A stretch of 64,000 bases of DNA, from positions 352,001 through 416,000 of the forward strand of contig CAWBVY010000004.1 of the NCBI GenBank assembly GCA_963792415.1. Reading direction: 5' to 3'. The position numbers and the translations under genes are program-made. Position 1 is the stretch's first letter; each line of letters begins with the position of its first letter. The notes below the pieces were generated by a model, which worked only from the letters and a program-made list of their open reading frames with translations, did not search any database and was not told the origin of the DNA. Positions 60,627 to 64,000 of this stretch are shown one piece after another. This stretch comes from Candidatus Deferrimicrobiaceae bacterium. GTDB taxonomy: Bacteria > Desulfobacterota > Deferrimicrobia > Deferrimicrobiales > Deferrimicrobiaceae.

Positions 60627-61106
60627 TCAGCGGACCCGCTTCAGGTAGATGAGCTTGTCGTCGCCCATCGCGTAGTAGTCGGGCAGCCGCGCGGCGAGGG
60701 TGCAGCCGACCTTGTCGTAGAATTGCCGCGTCGTGCCGTAGCTCTCCAGGGACGACGTCTCGATCACCAGGAGGTACCCCCCGCGTCGCCGGACCTCCTC
60801 CTCGACGAACGACAGGATGGACCGTCCGTACCCTTTTCCCATCCGGTCCGTGCGCGTCGCGATCCAGTACAGGTCGAAGGTCCCCGTCGTCATCGCGTTC
60901 TTCCCGAAGCAGGCGTAGGCGACCACGGTGCCGTCGTCCTCCACCAGGACGTACGGGTGGTAGTCGTCCTGCCCTTTCTGCGTCAACGCGACGTCCACCA
61001 GCTCCATGGCCACGTCCACCTCGAACGGCTTGAACGCGTTCGTTCCCGCGACCAGTTCCCGGATCGCCTCGCGGTCCCCCGCCTCGATCCCGCGGACGCG
61101 CGTCAC
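60627..61106 (-). CDS. GNAT family N-acetyltransferase
   Basis: DLYWIA, RMGKGYG acetyl-CoA motif, IETSS and FY..G...DYY. GTG is coupled to the upstream TGA. Confidence 0.88.
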   Translation of the reverse strand: MTRVRGIEAGDREAIRELVAGTNAFKPFEVDVAMELVDVALTQKGQDDYHPYVLVEDDGTVVAYACFGKNAMTTGTFDLYWIATRTDRMGKGYGRSILSFVEEEVRRRGGYLLVIETSSLESYGTTRQFYDKVGCTLAARLPDYYAMGDDKLIYLKRVR

Positions 61107-62131
61107 CGCGCCCCCAGGGCCATGCCCAGCCGCAGGATCTCGGCGATAAGGTCTTGGTAGGAGAGCCCCGCCGCGCGCGCCGCGCGCGGCATCCCCGCGT
61201 CGGTGGAGATGTCGGGATTCGGGTTGACCTCGAGGACGAACAGCTCCCCTTTGGCGTTCATGCGGAAGTCGACCCTGGCATACCCGGTCAGGCGGAAGAT
61301 CCGCGCACAGGCGAGGGTGATCTCCGAAAGCCGGGCGGCGAGCCCGGGCGGGACGTCCGCGGGGCAGGCCGGGGCGATCTCCGAATAGGAGGGGTGCGTC
61401 GCGTTCCACTTCGAATCGTACGTGCAGAGCCGCCAGCGCGGGTTCCGGTAGACGAGCTCCGCGGGTGGGAGCGACCGGTGCGGATCGGTGGCCGACCCGT
61501 TCCCGAGCACGCCGACGTTGAACTCCCGCCCCTCGACGAACTCCTCGACGAGCGAATCCTGCTGGAATGTTTCCCTCAGCCACTTCACCTGCCGGCGCAG
61601 GCCGGCCAGGTCGGCGACGACGCTGTCCTCGGTGATCCCGGCCGAGCCGTCCTCGTTCGCCGGTTTCACGACCAGCGGGTACGAAAGCCCCGGCTCCCGG
61701 GCGGGATCGCCGGTGCAGAGCCGGAAGCGCGGCGTCGGGATCCCGTTGGCGATCATCAACTGCTTGGAGAGCGCCTTGCTGTTGCAGATCCCGAGCGCGA
61801 GCGGCCCGTTTCCGGTGTACGGCAGGCGGAGCAGTTCGAGGAGGGCGCAGGCGTGGAGCTCCTTTTCGGGGGAGAGGTCCGGGCACTCGCACAGGTTGAA
61901 GACCGCCTCGGCCCCGGAGGAACGCAGCCCCGAGATCAGCTCCCCGGGGTCCTTTCCGAACGCGTGGGTCCACGCGTCGTGGCCGGCGGAGCGAAGGGTC
62001 TCCGTCACCAGCTTCGCGTTGATCGCCAGGTCCATGTCCTCCCGGTGTTCCTCCCTCACATCCTTGAGCGATTCGAAGACGGAGGTGTAGAGGACGGCGA
62101 CGCGCGCCCCCTTCGTCGCGACCGGGGTCAC
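61103..62131 (-). CDS. D-Ala-D-Ala ligase-like ATP-grasp protein 2
   Basis: VFNLCE, PYTGN, KPANEDGSAG, EEFVEGREF, RVDFR and LEVNPNPD. Confidence 0.87.
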   Translation of the reverse strand: MTPVATKGARVAVLYTSVFESLKDVREEHREDMDLAINAKLVTETLRSAGHDAWTHAFGKDPGELISGLRSSGAEAVFNLCECPDLSPEKELHACALLELLRLPYTGNGPLALGICNSKALSKQLMIANGIPTPRFRLCTGDPAREPGLSYPLVVKPANEDGSAGITEDSVVADLAGLRRQVKWLRETFQQDSLVEEFVEGREFNVGVLGNGSATDPHRSLPPAELVYRNPRWRLCTYDSKWNATHPSYSEIAPACPADVPPGLAARLSEITLACARIFRLTGYARVDFRMNAKGELFVLEVNPNPDISTDAGMPRAARAAGLSYQDLIAEILRLGMALGAR

Positions 62132-63120
62132 GCGGCCCCCATCCCGAGGCGGGAAAGGGCGTGCGAGAGGATCTCGCCGACGAGGGACAGGTAAGGGATC
62201 CCCATCCGGTCCGCCAGGATCGGCAGGTCGCCGTACCCCGGGGAAAGGCCCGGCAGGGGGTTGCACTCGATGAAGTGCGGCGTGCCCGAAGCGTCGAGAC
62301 GGAAGTCGATCCGGGAGAAGTCGCGGCATCCGAGGGCCCGGTAGATCCCCAGCGCGCACCGCTCGATCTCCGAGAGGACCTCTGCCGGCAGCGCCGGGGG
62401 GACGCGGTACGCCACGCGGTTCTCCCAGTCCCTCTTCACCTCGAGGGAGTATACGAACTCGGCCGGGGGGACCGTCTTCGGAACGATCTCCATCATCCCG
62501 GCGACCCGGGGCGGATCGTTCCCCAGCACTCCCACCGTGACCTCCGCCCCCGGCACGAACGCCTCGACCATCGCTTCCTGGCGGTATGTCCGTGTGACGA
62601 ACCGCACCATCTCCCTCGCCTGGTCGAGCGACGCTGCGCGCGAAGCGATCCGGACCCCTTTGCTCGATCCTTCGAAGACGGGTTTCACCATGACGGGGTA
62701 GGGAAACGGGAGAGAATCGAGCTCCTCGGCGGACCGGAAGGTCCGGAACGGCGGGGTGGGAAACCCGTCGTGCTCCACGAGGCGCTTGGCCACCGGCTTG
62801 TCGAGGGTGACGCAGAGCGTGAGCGGATCGGAGCCGACGTACGGGACGCCGAGCATCTCGAGGACGGCAGGGACATGCGCCTCGCGGCACCGGCCGCCTT
62901 CCCCTTCCGCGATGTTGAAGACGATGTCGGGCGCGGCGCCCCGCAGCGCGTCGACGAACCCGCGTCCGGCGGGAAGCCGGCGGACGTCGTGGCCCAGGAG
63001 GGAGAGGGCGTTCTCGATGTGGCCCACCGTCGCCTCTGAGTCGTACTCCTCGAAGGCGTCCTCGGGCAGCTGTTCGGGCGTGTCGGCCGGCTTTACGTTG
63101 AAGGCGAGCCCGACTCGCAC
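62128..63120 (-). CDS. D-Ala-D-Ala ligase-like ATP-grasp protein 1
   Basis: VFNIAEG, PYVGSD, LDK, KPVFEGSSKG, RIDFR and IECNPLPG. Confidence 0.87.
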   Translation of the reverse strand: MRVGLAFNVKPADTPEQLPEDAFEEYDSEATVGHIENALSLLGHDVRRLPAGRGFVDALRGAAPDIVFNIAEGEGGRCREAHVPAVLEMLGVPYVGSDPLTLCVTLDKPVAKRLVEHDGFPTPPFRTFRSAEELDSLPFPYPVMVKPVFEGSSKGVRIASRAASLDQAREMVRFVTRTYRQEAMVEAFVPGAEVTVGVLGNDPPRVAGMMEIVPKTVPPAEFVYSLEVKRDWENRVAYRVPPALPAEVLSEIERCALGIYRALGCRDFSRIDFRLDASGTPHFIECNPLPGLSPGYGDLPILADRMGIPYLSLVGEILSHALSRLGMGAA

Positions 63121-64000
63121 CGGCGTTTCCTCCTGGCCATCCGCTCGTTCCCCGCGGGGATGAGCGCGCGGACCTCCCCGGTCAGCAGGCGGTAGACGTC
63201 GTTGCGCGGCGGAGGGAGCGCCGAATCGACCCGCGCCGAAGGGCGGCCGTCGTCCCGCGCCTCCTCGTAGCTCACGACGATCCCCTCGTAGTTCCGCAGG
63301 ACCGTCCGGTCCTCGCCCATCGAGAGGATGTAGTTCGGCATCAGCGGGATCTTGCCGCCGCCCCCGGGGACGTCCACCACGTAGGAGGGGATCGCGAGCC
63401 CCGAGGTGAGGCCCCGCAGCGCCTCCATGATCTGGATCCCCTTCGACAGGCGGGTTCGGAAATGGTCGAGCCCCCGGACCATGTCGCACTGGAAGAGGTA
63501 GTAGGGGCGGACCTTCGCCCTCAACAGCTCCGTGTTGAGCTTCCGGATGATCTCGGCGTGGTCGTTGACGCCCTTGAGCAGGACGGTCTGGTTGTTGACG
63601 GGAACGCCCGCGCGAAGGAGCCGGTCGCACGCCTGGCGCGCCTCGGGGGTGACCTCCCGGGAGTGGTTGAACTGCGTGTTCAGCCAGACGGGGCCGTACT
63701 TTTCGAGCACCGCGCACAGCTCGTCGTCGATCCGCATCGGGAGGACCACCGGCACGCGGGTGCCGATCCGGATGATCTCGACGTGCGGGATCTTGCGGAG
63801 GCTCTTCAATATGTACTCGATCCGATCGGTCGGAAGCGTCAGCGGGTCCCCCCCCGAGACGATGACGTCGCGGATCTCCTCGTGGCGGCGGATGTAGGCG
63901 AACATCTTCGACAGCTCGAACTCGGTCTTCGCCGATTCGCCCAGGGTCCAGATCCGCTTCCGCGTGCAGTGGCGGCAATACATCGAGCAGAAGTTGGTGA
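63093..64000 (-). CDS. kamA: KamA-family radical SAM lysine 2,3-aminomutase (5' end outside window)
   Basis: CSMYCRHCTR, SGGDPL, RIGTRVP, NQTVLLKGVND, PYYLFQCD and VVDVPGGGGKIP. Confidence 0.92.
   Translation of the reverse strand, partial: TNFCSMYCRHCTRKRIWTLGESAKTEFELSKMFAYIRRHEEIRDVIVSGGDPLTLPTDRIEYILKSLRKIPHVEIIRIGTRVPVVLPMRIDDELCAVLEKYGPVWLNTQFNHSREVTPEARQACDRLLRAGVPVNNQTVLLKGVNDHAEIIRKLNTELLRAKVRPYYLFQCDMVRGLDHFRTRLSKGIQIMEALRGLTSGLAIPSYVVDVPGGGGKIPLMPNYILSMGEDRTVLRNYEGIVVSYEEARDDGRPSARVDSALPPPRNDVYRLLTGEVRALIPAGNERMARRKRRCESGSPST

Noticed and set aside
61103-63120. Vancomycin-resistance (van) ligases or housekeeping ddl
   Set aside because: There are no vanH/X/R/S or mur genes nearby, the Ddl N-terminal motif is missing, and the genes are coupled to kamA.

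Overview
A GC-rich, gene-dense bacterial chromosomal window. Gene content suggests a deltaproteobacterium-like organism, possibly Ca. Deferrimicrobium/MBNT15; this is inference only. I found no rRNA, tRNA, CRISPR array, integrase or transposase. In order, the window holds: the 3' end of a CxxCH/CxxxxCH multiheme cytochrome; EamA, aminotransferase, PAS kinase and phosphoesterase genes; a six-gene alternative complex III/Qrc-type operon (actA-B1-B2-C-D-E); a ~29 kb glyoxylate/2-hydroxy-acid region (garR, gcl, Fe-ADH, larA-like racemase, 2-hydroxyacid dehydrogenase, amidase, TRAP transporter, mmsA, Fe-S D-lactate dehydrogenase, an atypical malate synthase, serine-glyoxylate aminotransferase, cupins); an NO module (norCB plus two uncharacterised genes, with two Fnr/Dnr-type boxes); fumC; HD-GYP, kinase, TonB, MFS, P1B-ATPase and methyltransferase genes; addAB; and a coupled kamA + two ATP-grasp ligases + GNAT operon. 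That last operon is my best candidate for an undescribed beta-lysine peptide system. About 12 clear single-base frameshifts, almost all +1, lie between 12.8 and 30.4 kb and are more likely consensus errors than real pseudogenes. A 63-bp nested palindrome occurs twice in inverted orientation, once in-frame inside a CDS. All family calls come from motif recognition by eye, not database searches.
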